A DNA stretch of 64,000 nt from an uncultured Chloroflexia bacterium (lineage in GTDB: Bacteria > Chloroflexota > Limnocylindria > Limnocylindrales > CSP1-4): NCBI GenBank assembly GCA_963748625.1, contig CAVVJT010000007.1:224001-288000 (forward strand), written 5' to 3'. Position numbers and translations under genes: made by a program. The notes below the pieces were generated by a model, which did no database searches, was not told where the DNA came from, and saw only the letters and a list, made by a program, of their open reading frames with translations. This document shows, piece after piece, positions 18,322 through 26,840 of this stretch (positions are counted from its first letter, which is position 1; every line of letters starts with the position of its first letter).

Positions 18322-19083
18322 TCACCACATCACCATGCCGCCGTCAGCGTTGATCACCTGCCCCGTGACGTAGGCGGCCTCGTCGGAGAGCAGCCAGGCG
18401 ACGATCGCCGCCATCTCGGCCGGCAGGCTGGACCGGCCCATCGGCACCGTCCGGAGCCGGGCCTCCGCAAGCTCGTCACGACTGATCCCGCGCGACGCCG
18501 CCACCTCGTTGAGCACGCGCTCCTGCATGGGGGTGTCGGTGATGCCGGGGCTCAGCGCGTTGACCCGGATCCCCCGCGGCGCGTAGGCCATCGCGAAGGA
18601 GCGGGTCACCTGCGATACCGCCGCCTTGCTGATCGCGTAGGCCGCCGCCTCCGTCGTCGCCACGAGCTTGGCAGAGGGTGACGAGAAGTTCACGATCGAC
18701 CCGCCATCGCGCATCCGCTCGCCCAGCTCCTGGCACAGGAAGAAGGCGGACTCCACGTTGACGGCGAACACGCGCCGGAGGTCGTCGGTGTCCACCTCGC
18801 TGATCGGGCGCAGGACGATCGTCCCTGCGGCGTTGACCAGCCAGTCGAGGGGGGCGTCGACCGCCACCAGCATCTCGTCCGTCGCCGCCACGACCGACGC
18901 GCGGCCCGCCGGGGTGGACAGGTCGGCAGCGACCGTCCGCGCACCTTGTTCCGCCAGCCCGGCGAGGCCCTCAGGCCGCACATCGGTCGCCAGGACGGAA
19001 TGCCCTCGTGCGAGGAGCAGCGCCGCCGTCGCCTGCCCGATCCCGCTGGCGGCTCCGGTGACAACGGCGTGCCTGATGTCCAT
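18322..19083 (-). CDS. SDR family oxidoreductase (paralog of 7182-7928)
   Basis: TGAASGIG, SAKLVATTE and YAISK motifs; ends GGMVMW. Confidence 0.92.
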   Translation of the reverse strand: MDIRHAVVTGAASGIGQATAALLLARGHSVLATDVRPEGLAGLAEQGARTVAADLSTPAGRASVVAATDEMLVAVDAPLDWLVNAAGTIVLRPISEVDTDDLRRVFAVNVESAFFLCQELGERMRDGGSIVNFSSPSAKLVATTEAAAYAISKAAVSQVTRSFAMAYAPRGIRVNALSPGITDTPMQERVLNEVAASRGISRDELAEARLRTVPMGRSSLPAEMAAIVAWLLSDEAAYVTGQVINADGGMVMW

Positions 19084-19134
19084 GCGGCCACTCCCCTTCC
19101 GGGCGACCCCGACCTCGTCGCCCGGCGTACCGGG

Positions 19135-19150
19135 CTGGTTACGTTTCCAG
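19135..19150. promoter_or_regulatory. LacI-type operator
   Basis: CTGGTTACGTTTCCAG, identical to 17048-17063. Confidence 0.75.
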
Positions 19151-19175
19151 AGCCACGCTACCATACGGCTACGCT

Positions 19176-19217
19176 GCGCACGCCGCGCACGGCGCGCACG
19201 GCGCGCACGGCGCGCAC
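19176..19217. repeat. 9-bp tandem repeat in a divergent promoter region
   Basis: GCGCACG[G/C]C, 5 copies with the last one partial. Confidence 0.85.
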
Positions 19218-19239
19218 TCGCGGCACCAGGGGAGGGCGG

Positions 19240-20163
19240 ATGAGAGTCGGCATCGACAGCTACTCCTACCATCGGCGGTACGGAGAGACACGCGTGGGCG
19301 AACTGCCGCACCCCGATCGCTGGCCGCTCGAGCCATCCGCCGCCATCGCGCACGCACGAGCCCTGGGCGTGGACGACCTCTTCCTTGAGACGTGCTACCT
19401 GCCGGGTCCGGGTGAAGCTGCCGCCAGCCTCGGTGCGACGGCACCGCTGCGCGTCGGCTTCTCCTGGGGCCATCCCTGGCCGGACGGGCAGTTCCATGGC
19501 CTGGAGGGTGGGCGCCAGCCCGGCGCCGAGGTGGACCTCGCACGGTGGATCGACGCAGCATCGAGCCTTGGCCATCCGATCCTGCGTATCACGGCGGGCA
19601 GCCCGGCCAGCCGTGGTGACGAGCCTGCCGACGTTCTCGTGCGCCGCCTCGTCGACCCCGTTCGTCGGGCGGTGGACCTGGCCACCTCGGCCGGGGTCCG
19701 CCTCGCGCTCGAGAACCACGGCGACCTGCGGGCTGCGGACATCCTCGACCTGATCGAGCGCGTTGGAAGCCCGGGGCTCGGCGTCTGCCTCGACAACGTG
19801 AACCTCATCCGCGTCGGGGACGACATGCTCGCCGGCACGAGGGCCCTGGCTCCCCACACGCTCCTGGTGCAGCTCAAGGACCACCTGCCGGGCGACCCGA
19901 CTGTCGTCGGAGGCCCGGTCTGCACCGCCCTCGGCGAGGGCGTGGCACCACTCGATGCGATCCTCGAGGTGCTCGACGACGCAGGATTCGGGGGAGCCGT
20001 GTGCGTGGAGCTTGCCTCGCTGGGAGGCGGGGACGTGGATGAGATGGCGTTGATCGAGCAGAGCGTCACCTGGCTGCGGGAGCACGTGCCGCAGGCGGTC
20101 GGAAGCACGCGTCGAACAGCCCGCATGGGGGTTGACGAGTTGCCAGATTGTCCTACAGTCTGA
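19240..20163 (+). CDS. Sugar phosphate isomerase/epimerase (xylose-isomerase-like TIM barrel)
   Basis: LALENH, CLDNVN, QLKDH, LGEG and CVE motifs. Confidence 0.85.
   Translation: MRVGIDSYSYHRRYGETRVGELPHPDRWPLEPSAAIAHARALGVDDLFLETCYLPGPGEAAASLGATAPLRVGFSWGHPWPDGQFHGLEGGRQPGAEVDLARWIDAASSLGHPILRITAGSPASRGDEPADVLVRRLVDPVRRAVDLATSAGVRLALENHGDLRAADILDLIERVGSPGLGVCLDNVNLIRVGDDMLAGTRALAPHTLLVQLKDHLPGDPTVVGGPVCTALGEGVAPLDAILEVLDDAGFGGAVCVELASLGGGDVDEMALIEQSVTWLREHVPQAVGSTRRTARMGVDELPDCPTV
20132..20159 (+). promoter_or_regulatory. Sigma70-type promoter overlapped by a motif B operator, inside the 3' end of the upstream CDS
   Basis: TTGACG-16bp-TACAGT; TGCCAGA-TTG-TCCTACA at 20141-20157. Confidence 0.72.
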
Positions 20164-20255
20164 GGGACGGAATGGGTGTGTCGGCATCGCCCGATGGGCC
20201 CCGTCATCGGTAGTGGTCCGCCCGACAGGGCGGTCGTGAAAGGGGTCGAGCGCAC

Positions 20256-21323
20256 ATGGCAAAACTCAGGCTGGGTGTGATCGGGGCCGGCTCGTGGACC
20301 GTCAGCTCCCACCTCCCCTTCCTCGCCGCGCATCGCGACGAGGTCGAGTTCACGATCATCAACCGGCGCAACCCGGAGCTCCTCAAGAAGATCCAGGGCA
20401 AGTTCGACTTCAAGGAGGCGACGACCGACTGGCACGAGGTGATCGAGTCCAAGCCGGACATCGTCGTGGTCGGCAGCCCGCCCGGATACCACCACGACCA
20501 GGCCAAGGCGGCGCTCGAGGCCGGCGCGCACGTCATGTGCGAGAAGCCGTTCACCATCGCCCCAGGGGATGCCTGGGATCTCGCCCAGACGGCGGAGCGG
20601 ACCGGGAAGGCCCTGATCCTCGCCTATGGGTGGAACTACCGGCCCATGGTCATCCAGGCCCACCGGATGATGCACGAGGACGGGGGCGTCGGCGAGATCG
20701 AGCACGTCGCCCTTCACATGGACTCCGTGACCCGCGAGCTCCTGTCCGAGACGGGTGCCTACCCGGCGGCCGACCCGGAGCTGGTCCCGCAAGCCGACAC
20801 GTGGTCCCGGCCGGAGACGTCGGGGGGCGGATACGGTCAGGCGCAGCTCACCCACCTGCTGGGCGTCTCGCTGTGGATCACCGACCTCCGCGGGCAGGAC
20901 GTGTTCGCTCTCATGTCGGCTCCGCTGGGCGCCGCCGTGGAACTCCATGATGCCGTCGCGATGCGCTACACGAACGGCGCGATCGGCACCATGAGCGGCG
21001 CGTCCAGCCACCTCGGCGGCGCGAACAACCGGCATGCGGTCGAGGTTCGGGTCGTAGGGTCGAAGGGCATGTTCCACCTCGATCTCCGCGAGAACCTGCT
21101 GTGGCGCTACCGGAACCCGCAGGACGACGTCCGTGTGCCGCTCGAGGCGGACGCCGGGCTGTACAACTGCCAGGGCCCGATCGATGCGCTTATCGAGGCC
21201 GGCATGGGCCGGCCGTTCGCGAACAACTCGCCCGCCGAGCTGGGAGCGAGGACGGTCGAGATCCTCGACGCGGCCTACCGGAGCGCCGCGTCGGGCGTCC
21301 TGGAGCACGTGAAGCAGGGCTGA
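20256..21323 (+). CDS. Gfo/Idh/MocA oxidoreductase
   Basis: GVIGAGSW, HVMCEKP and SGGGYGQAQLTH motifs. Confidence 0.92.
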   Translation: MAKLRLGVIGAGSWTVSSHLPFLAAHRDEVEFTIINRRNPELLKKIQGKFDFKEATTDWHEVIESKPDIVVVGSPPGYHHDQAKAALEAGAHVMCEKPFTIAPGDAWDLAQTAERTGKALILAYGWNYRPMVIQAHRMMHEDGGVGEIEHVALHMDSVTRELLSETGAYPAADPELVPQADTWSRPETSGGGYGQAQLTHLLGVSLWITDLRGQDVFALMSAPLGAAVELHDAVAMRYTNGAIGTMSGASSHLGGANNRHAVEVRVVGSKGMFHLDLRENLLWRYRNPQDDVRVPLEADAGLYNCQGPIDALIEAGMGRPFANNSPAELGARTVEILDAAYRSAASGVLEHVKQG

Positions 21324-21451
21324 GCAACGGCCGGTCCCGCTCGCATCGCCGAGCGGGACCGGCGCTCCCCGGCCGATCGGAGGTAACCGGGGTGCATCCC
21401 CGCGATGTGGTTCGCGCTGCCCAGGGCCGCGACCACGGGAGGCTCTTGCAG

Positions 21452-23428
21452 GTGACCGAGAACCCCGCATCCGCGAACCCACGGATCCTGACCGGTCGCC
21501 CGGCGCCCGCTCGCGAGCCGCTGGTCCTCCGGGCCGGGCCCGTGACGGCGCTCCTGGATGGCGCCGACCTGCGCCACGTCCGTGTCGGCGACACCGAGAT
21601 TGTCCAGCGCGTGTACATGGCGCTTCGCGACGCCCAGTGGAACACGATCCCCGCGGCGTGCTCGAACTGGCAGCTCGACGTGGGTCCAGACCGGTTCCAC
21701 GTTGCGTTCGATGCCCGCCATACGCACGAGTCCATCGACTTCACCTGGCGCGGCGTGATCGACGGGGCACCCGACGGAACGATCAACTATGTGCTCGACG
21801 GGACGTGTCACGGCCTCTTCCGCTACTGCAAGATCGGCTTCAACGTCCACCACCCCCTCGACGGAGCGATCGGGCGGCGCTACCGGGCCACGACCGTGCA
21901 CGGTGATGTCCGCGGCGTCCTGCCGGAAGCGATCGACCCCCAGCGCATCGTCGATGGGAAGCTGTCAGGCATGTTCGAGCCCTACCAGGCGATTGCGATC
22001 GAGGTCGCCGACGGGCTGGAGGCGGTCGTGGCGCTGGAGGGCGACCTTCTCGAGCTGCAGGACCACCGCAACTGGGCCGATGGCAACTTCAAGTCGTATG
22101 CGACGCCGCTGGCCCTGGGGTTTCCCTTCGAGTCCGCGGACGGCCAGCGGATCCGGCAGGTGCTGACCATCGGGTTCCATGGCTCCATCCCATCCCCGAT
22201 GCCGCACGAGCCCACGACCATCCAGATCGGCGACGCGTGCGGCCCGATGCCGGCCGTGGGTTTCGGGCAGCCGAGCCATCGCGAGCCACTCAGCCCCCGC
22301 GAGGCGAGTCGGCTGGCGGCGCTACGCCCCGCGCACCTGCGCGTGGACCTCGTCGCCAACGACCCCGAGGGGTCCACCGTCCTCGAGCGCGCCGCCTCGG
22401 ATGCGCGTGCCGTCGGGGCGACGCTGGAGGTCGCCGTGCACGCGAACGACGCCAGCGGCCCCGCGCTCGCCACCCTCGCCGAGCGCCTCCGTGCGGTCGA
22501 TGTCCGCGTCTCACGGGTCCTCGTGTACTTCCTTGCCGAGGGCTACAGTGCAACCGCCGGCCTGACGCCGGCGGCGGTCGTCCGGCTGGTCCGGGAGCAC
22601 CTCGAGCCGGTCACGGGCCAGGTGCCGTTCGCCGGGGGGAGCAACCAGACCTTCAGCGACATCAACCGCGAGCGGCCGTCCGACCCCGCGCTCACCGGCC
22701 TGTGCTTCCCGGTCTGTCCCACGGTCCACGCAGACGACGACGCGTCGATCGTGGAGAACCTGGTCGGGATGTCCGAGGTCGTGCGGATGGCCAGGTCGTT
22801 CGCGGACGGCCGACCGATCTCGGTGAGCCCGGTGACGATCGCCACGCGATTCGGGCCGTATCCCGGTGGTCCGTCCACGCCGGATGCCCTTCCGGCCGCG
22901 GTCGATGTCCGCCAGGCCTCCCTGCTCGGTGCCGCATGGACAGCCGCGTGCATCCGGCACCTGGCCATCTCCGGCACCGCGAGCGTGACGTTCTTCGAGA
23001 CGAGCGGCTGGCGCGGCGTCCTCGAGCGCGACAACGGATCGCCCGATGCGCGGTTCCCGTCGCGGCCGGGCGACGTGTTCCCCATGTACCACGTCTTCCG
23101 GGACATCGCCGAGCTGCGCGACGGCGCCGTGCTCGCAACAAGGTCGAACAGGCCGCTGGTTGCGGAGGGCCTGGCGATTGGCGATGGATCCGGCGTCCAT
23201 GTCCTGATCGCCAACCTGACGCCCGCGCCGCAGCGGATCGTCGTCACCGGCTTGGGGAACGGACCAGTGTGGTGCCGCATCCTGGATGCTGCGACGGCGG
23301 ACGCGGCAATGGCGGACCCCGACGCGTTCCGGCTGAACCGGCAGGCGGCAGGCACGAGCACAGGCCTGCTGACGCTGGACTTGGAGGCCTATGCCGTTGC
23401 GAGGCTCGACGCCGCGACATCCACGTAG
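21452..23428 (+). CDS. apnL: D-apionate lactonase (ApnL)-like protein
   Basis: LRAGP..LR, RD..WNT, DHRNWADGNFKSY, INR, VHA.DD and DVRQASLLGAAW match the ApnL family motifs as I recall them; GGGAGG RBS before GTG. Confidence 0.68.
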   Translation: MTENPASANPRILTGRPAPAREPLVLRAGPVTALLDGADLRHVRVGDTEIVQRVYMALRDAQWNTIPAACSNWQLDVGPDRFHVAFDARHTHESIDFTWRGVIDGAPDGTINYVLDGTCHGLFRYCKIGFNVHHPLDGAIGRRYRATTVHGDVRGVLPEAIDPQRIVDGKLSGMFEPYQAIAIEVADGLEAVVALEGDLLELQDHRNWADGNFKSYATPLALGFPFESADGQRIRQVLTIGFHGSIPSPMPHEPTTIQIGDACGPMPAVGFGQPSHREPLSPREASRLAALRPAHLRVDLVANDPEGSTVLERAASDARAVGATLEVAVHANDASGPALATLAERLRAVDVRVSRVLVYFLAEGYSATAGLTPAAVVRLVREHLEPVTGQVPFAGGSNQTFSDINRERPSDPALTGLCFPVCPTVHADDDASIVENLVGMSEVVRMARSFADGRPISVSPVTIATRFGPYPGGPSTPDALPAAVDVRQASLLGAAWTAACIRHLAISGTASVTFFETSGWRGVLERDNGSPDARFPSRPGDVFPMYHVFRDIAELRDGAVLATRSNRPLVAEGLAIGDGSGVHVLIANLTPAPQRIVVTGLGNGPVWCRILDAATADAAMADPDAFRLNRQAAGTSTGLLTLDLEAYAVARLDAATST

Positions 23429-23444
23429 GTCCAGGGGCCGCCAG

Positions 23445-24560
23445 TCAGGCCTGGCCGCCCTCCGGCAGCGTTCCGGGCTGGATCACGGGCAGCGCCGGCT
23501 TGGTCCGCCCGATCCGCTCGTACTCGCGCTCGGGGATCGCCTCCAGGGTTTTCCAGACCGTCCACTTGCAGGAGGGAGGTGACGTGGGCTGGCCTGGTCC
23601 CTGCCAGAGCGGCGGGTCCACGGTGCGCACGGGGTGACCCCATCGCTCCGCGGGCAGGATCGACAGCGTGTAGCTGCAGTGGGCGCAGTAGTAGCAGACC
23701 CCCTTCTCGCCCCACGACCAGTCGTGGGCCTCCTGCGTGACCCCAAACTCGTAGGGGGCCAGCACGCGCGACCCCGTCCCCTCGATCGGGTCCCCACGCA
23801 TGCTCCGACCGCCTGACCCGCACGGGTCGAAGCTCAGCTCCCAGCGATCCTCGAACTCCGTGAGGTTGGTGTCCCCACGGCGCTCCGTACCCACGAGGTG
23901 CGCGCGCATCGACTCGAGCGAGATGTAGAGGTTCCGCGCGAGCGTGTCGGCGTACGGACGGGTGCGTACGTCGAACACCATGTAACGCTCCTGGATGAAC
24001 GGCTCCAGGACAGAGCGGTAGCACGGATCGAGGGCATCCTCACCAAAGCGCCGGGCGACCCAGGCCAGCACACCGGCCATGAGATCCGCGTTGCGGTCGT
24101 GGAGCCGGCGCCAGTCGCCGAGCAGGTTCTCGACCTCCTCGTCCGCGTCCGCAACGGTCATGTCATAGCTCCGGATCCCATTGCCCAGCCTGCCGGCGCG
24201 CTCGCCAAGGTCGGCCCACCTGGCGCGGGTGTCGAGCGGCGTGCCATCGGGGTATGCCAGCAGCCTGGCGAGAGACTCGAGCTCGTCCGTGATCTCGGCC
24301 TCCGTCACGCCCTGGGCCCGGAGCCAGTCCAGGAAGCCGTCGGTCCAGACCCGGTAGATCAGGTAGATGATCTTGGCCTCCTCCATGAAGGAGTCCACCA
24401 GTTGGGCTGCCACCTCACGCCGCCCGGCGTTAGGGCCGAACGTGTCGCCTGCCTCCGCCAGCACCTCGTGGATCTTGGTGACGGTCGAGATCGCCTGGTC
24501 TGACCAGTCGCCCGTCCGGATGCGCTTGCCGATCTCGTCGGACCAGGTGAGGTGGGACAC
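23445..24560 (-). CDS. Uncharacterised Cys/His-motif protein A (371 aa)
   Basis: Clean ORF; HD, RAH, FDPCGSGGR, GVCYYCAHC and CKW motifs. Confidence 0.85.
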   Translation of the reverse strand: MSHLTWSDEIGKRIRTGDWSDQAISTVTKIHEVLAEAGDTFGPNAGRREVAAQLVDSFMEEAKIIYLIYRVWTDGFLDWLRAQGVTEAEITDELESLARLLAYPDGTPLDTRARWADLGERAGRLGNGIRSYDMTVADADEEVENLLGDWRRLHDRNADLMAGVLAWVARRFGEDALDPCYRSVLEPFIQERYMVFDVRTRPYADTLARNLYISLESMRAHLVGTERRGDTNLTEFEDRWELSFDPCGSGGRSMRGDPIEGTGSRVLAPYEFGVTQEAHDWSWGEKGVCYYCAHCSYTLSILPAERWGHPVRTVDPPLWQGPGQPTSPPSCKWTVWKTLEAIPEREYERIGRTKPALPVIQPGTLPEGGQA

Positions 24561-24618
24561 CGTGCGAAGCCTCCGTCGTAGCTGGGTCCGCGACTCCGTC
24601 GCTGCGGCGGATCACGGG

Positions 24619-24634
24619 GTGGTAACGATTGCAG
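24619..24634. promoter_or_regulatory. LacI-type operator
   Basis: GTGGTAACGATTGCAG, downstream of a minus-strand extended -10 TGGTATGCT. Confidence 0.68.
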
Positions 24635-24746
24635 CGCCGCTGGCGAGCATACCACTCGCCGGCTCGGTCGCGGGCCCTGTGGACCCGTGAACGCGGCGCC
24701 GGGGAGGAGGTCCGGCGCCGCGTCCAACAGGCTTGGCAAACGGAGG

Positions 24747-25862
24747 TCAGCCCGCGCCAGGCAACCCGGCGTTCAGGACCGGCAGCTCGCGCGCACCCAT
24801 GGCCCGCGAGCCGAAGGCCGTCGGCTTGGTGCGCCCGACGCGCTCGTAGTACTCCTCGGGGACCGCGGTCGGGTCCTTGAACATCTGCCACTGGCACTTC
24901 TGCCGGACGGCGGGGTCGGGGTCCGTGTCCGGATACGTGGGCGGATCGATCACGCGCACGGGATACCCGAAGCGGTCGATCGGCATCTCCTCCATGAGGA
25001 CGATGCAGTGCGCGCAGTAGAGGCAGACCCCGGGCGTGTAGTGGTTCCAGGTGTGCCGCTCCTGGGTGACCGCCCAGTTGTAGGGCGCCTCCATGCGCGC
25101 AGGCGTCCGCTCGATCCAGTCGCCGCGAAGTGTCCGGCCGCCCGAACCGCAGGCGTCGAAGCGCAGGATGTAGCGGTCCTCGAGCTCGATCAGCTCGAAG
25201 TCGCCCGTCCGCTCAGGGCCGACGAGGTGCCCGCGCATCGCCTCACAGGCGACGAGCATCAGCGTCTCGAGCGCCTCATCCCAGGGATGCTTGTCGATGT
25301 CGAACTTCTCGTAGCGCCACACGAACAGCGGCATCAGCACGCGGTCGTACATGTCGCGCACGGCCGGCTCACCCAGCTCCTCGAGCACCAGCGACATGAG
25401 CGCGTAGGTGTGATCGACATCCCGATCGTGGCACTGGCGCCACGTCTCCTTGGAGACGTCCAGGAGCCGCTTGGCCTCATCGGGCTGCTCGCGGTAGGTG
25501 GCGGCCGTCGTCTGCTGCATCTCGCTTAGGAACCGGTCCCAGTGGCGCCGCGGCTGCCACGGCGAACCGTCCGGCAGCTGTGCGACGCGGACCGCCTGCG
25601 CGTGGCGGTCGGCGATCGTGGCGGCATCCACTCCCCTGTCGGCGAGGTAGCCGCTCAGGTCGCTGATCCACTGGCGGTACAGGGTGAAGCAGACGTTGGC
25701 CTCATCGATGAAGTACGCCTCGAGCTCGGCCGCGTTGTCCCAGCGGCTCTCCTCGAGCGCCTCGCAGATCTTCCGGTAGGTCGAGATCTTCTGGTCTTCC
25801 CAGGTACCCAGCCGTACCCGGCGTCCCAGGAGCTCGGTGAAGGCGATCTTCGTCTCGGCCAC
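24747..25862 (-). CDS. Uncharacterised Cys/His-motif protein B (371 aa, paralog of A)
   Basis: HD, RGH, FDACGSGGR, GVCLYCAHC and CQW motifs. Confidence 0.85.
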   Translation of the reverse strand: MAETKIAFTELLGRRVRLGTWEDQKISTYRKICEALEESRWDNAAELEAYFIDEANVCFTLYRQWISDLSGYLADRGVDAATIADRHAQAVRVAQLPDGSPWQPRRHWDRFLSEMQQTTAATYREQPDEAKRLLDVSKETWRQCHDRDVDHTYALMSLVLEELGEPAVRDMYDRVLMPLFVWRYEKFDIDKHPWDEALETLMLVACEAMRGHLVGPERTGDFELIELEDRYILRFDACGSGGRTLRGDWIERTPARMEAPYNWAVTQERHTWNHYTPGVCLYCAHCIVLMEEMPIDRFGYPVRVIDPPTYPDTDPDPAVRQKCQWQMFKDPTAVPEEYYERVGRTKPTAFGSRAMGARELPVLNAGLPGAG

Positions 25863-25898
25863 GGGTCAGCCCCCTGGAGGTAGACTTCGGCGACGTTT

Positions 25899-25914
25899 CT
25901 GGTAGCGATTGCAG
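25899..25914. promoter_or_regulatory. LacI-type operator
   Basis: CTGGTAGCGATTGCAG, downstream of a minus-strand extended -10 TGGTACGCT. Confidence 0.68.
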
Positions 25915-25971
25915 CGCCGTCGCGGAAGCGTACCATGCCGTTCGACAACCGTCACCAGGAGGATGTGCGAC

Positions 25972-26817
25972 GTGGCGCCGGCAGCCGTCCTCGCGATGCT
26001 CGCCGCGGTCGCCAACGCCCTGGTGGCCATCATCAGCAAGGGCCTGGCGACGCGCCTGCCGGCACGCCAGCTGATCGGCGCCCTCTACGCCTGCAATGCG
26101 CTTATCCTGCTGCCGCTCGCACCGTTCGTGGAGTGGCGCTGGAGCCCGACGATCGTGGCGCTGCACATCGTCTCCGTGGTGCTGATGGCCGTCACCGCCA
26201 TCTCGGTGTGGGACATGTTCGATGCCGGCACGGCCTCCGCCACCACGACGGCGACCGCGCTCAGCCCGATCCCCGCGGCGATCGGTGCGGCGGTGCTCGT
26301 ACCTGCGTCGATCCGGCCGATCCAGGTCCTGGCCGCGGTGCTTGTCACGCTGGCGGTGCTCATGGCCCTGCGGGACCAGTTCGGGCCGCTGGGCCGGCGA
26401 GGGACGCTGCTGCGTGTGCTGGGGGCTGCAACAGGGGCGGGGCTCCTGACGGTGGTGACGCGCCTGCTTGGCGACCAGGGCGTCGGCGTCGTGGAGACCT
26501 ACGTCGTGCGGACGACGCTCGCGGCCGCGGTGTTCATCATGCTGTTCCCGCCCAGGGACATCCCGGTCCGGGCCACACCGCGGTTGTTCGGCCGGGCCGT
26601 CGTGGTCACCACCTACTTCGTCCTGGCGATCCTGGCCGCCCAACAGGGCAGCCCGGTGGTGGTCCAGACCTGCCTCGCCGCGACGCCGTTGATGGTCCTC
26701 GCCTGGGAGTCATGGCGAGCCCGCCGGCGGCCGCCTGCCGGGATCCTGGCGGCGGCGGCGCTGGTTGCCGTGGGCGTGGCGGTCAGCCTCTGGCTCTCGA
26801 GGCCGCGGCGCTGGTGA
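25972..26817 (+). CDS. DMT/EamA-like membrane transporter
   Basis: About 10 hydrophobic segments arranged in two repeats; AGGAGG RBS. Confidence 0.72.
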   Translation: MAPAAVLAMLAAVANALVAIISKGLATRLPARQLIGALYACNALILLPLAPFVEWRWSPTIVALHIVSVVLMAVTAISVWDMFDAGTASATTTATALSPIPAAIGAAVLVPASIRPIQVLAAVLVTLAVLMALRDQFGPLGRRGTLLRVLGAATGAGLLTVVTRLLGDQGVGVVETYVVRTTLAAAVFIMLFPPRDIPVRATPRLFGRAVVVTTYFVLAILAAQQGSPVVVQTCLAATPLMVLAWESWRARRRPPAGILAAAALVAVGVAVSLWLSRPRRW

Positions 26818-26840
26818 GGCCCGGCGCCGGGGGTCGCGCC

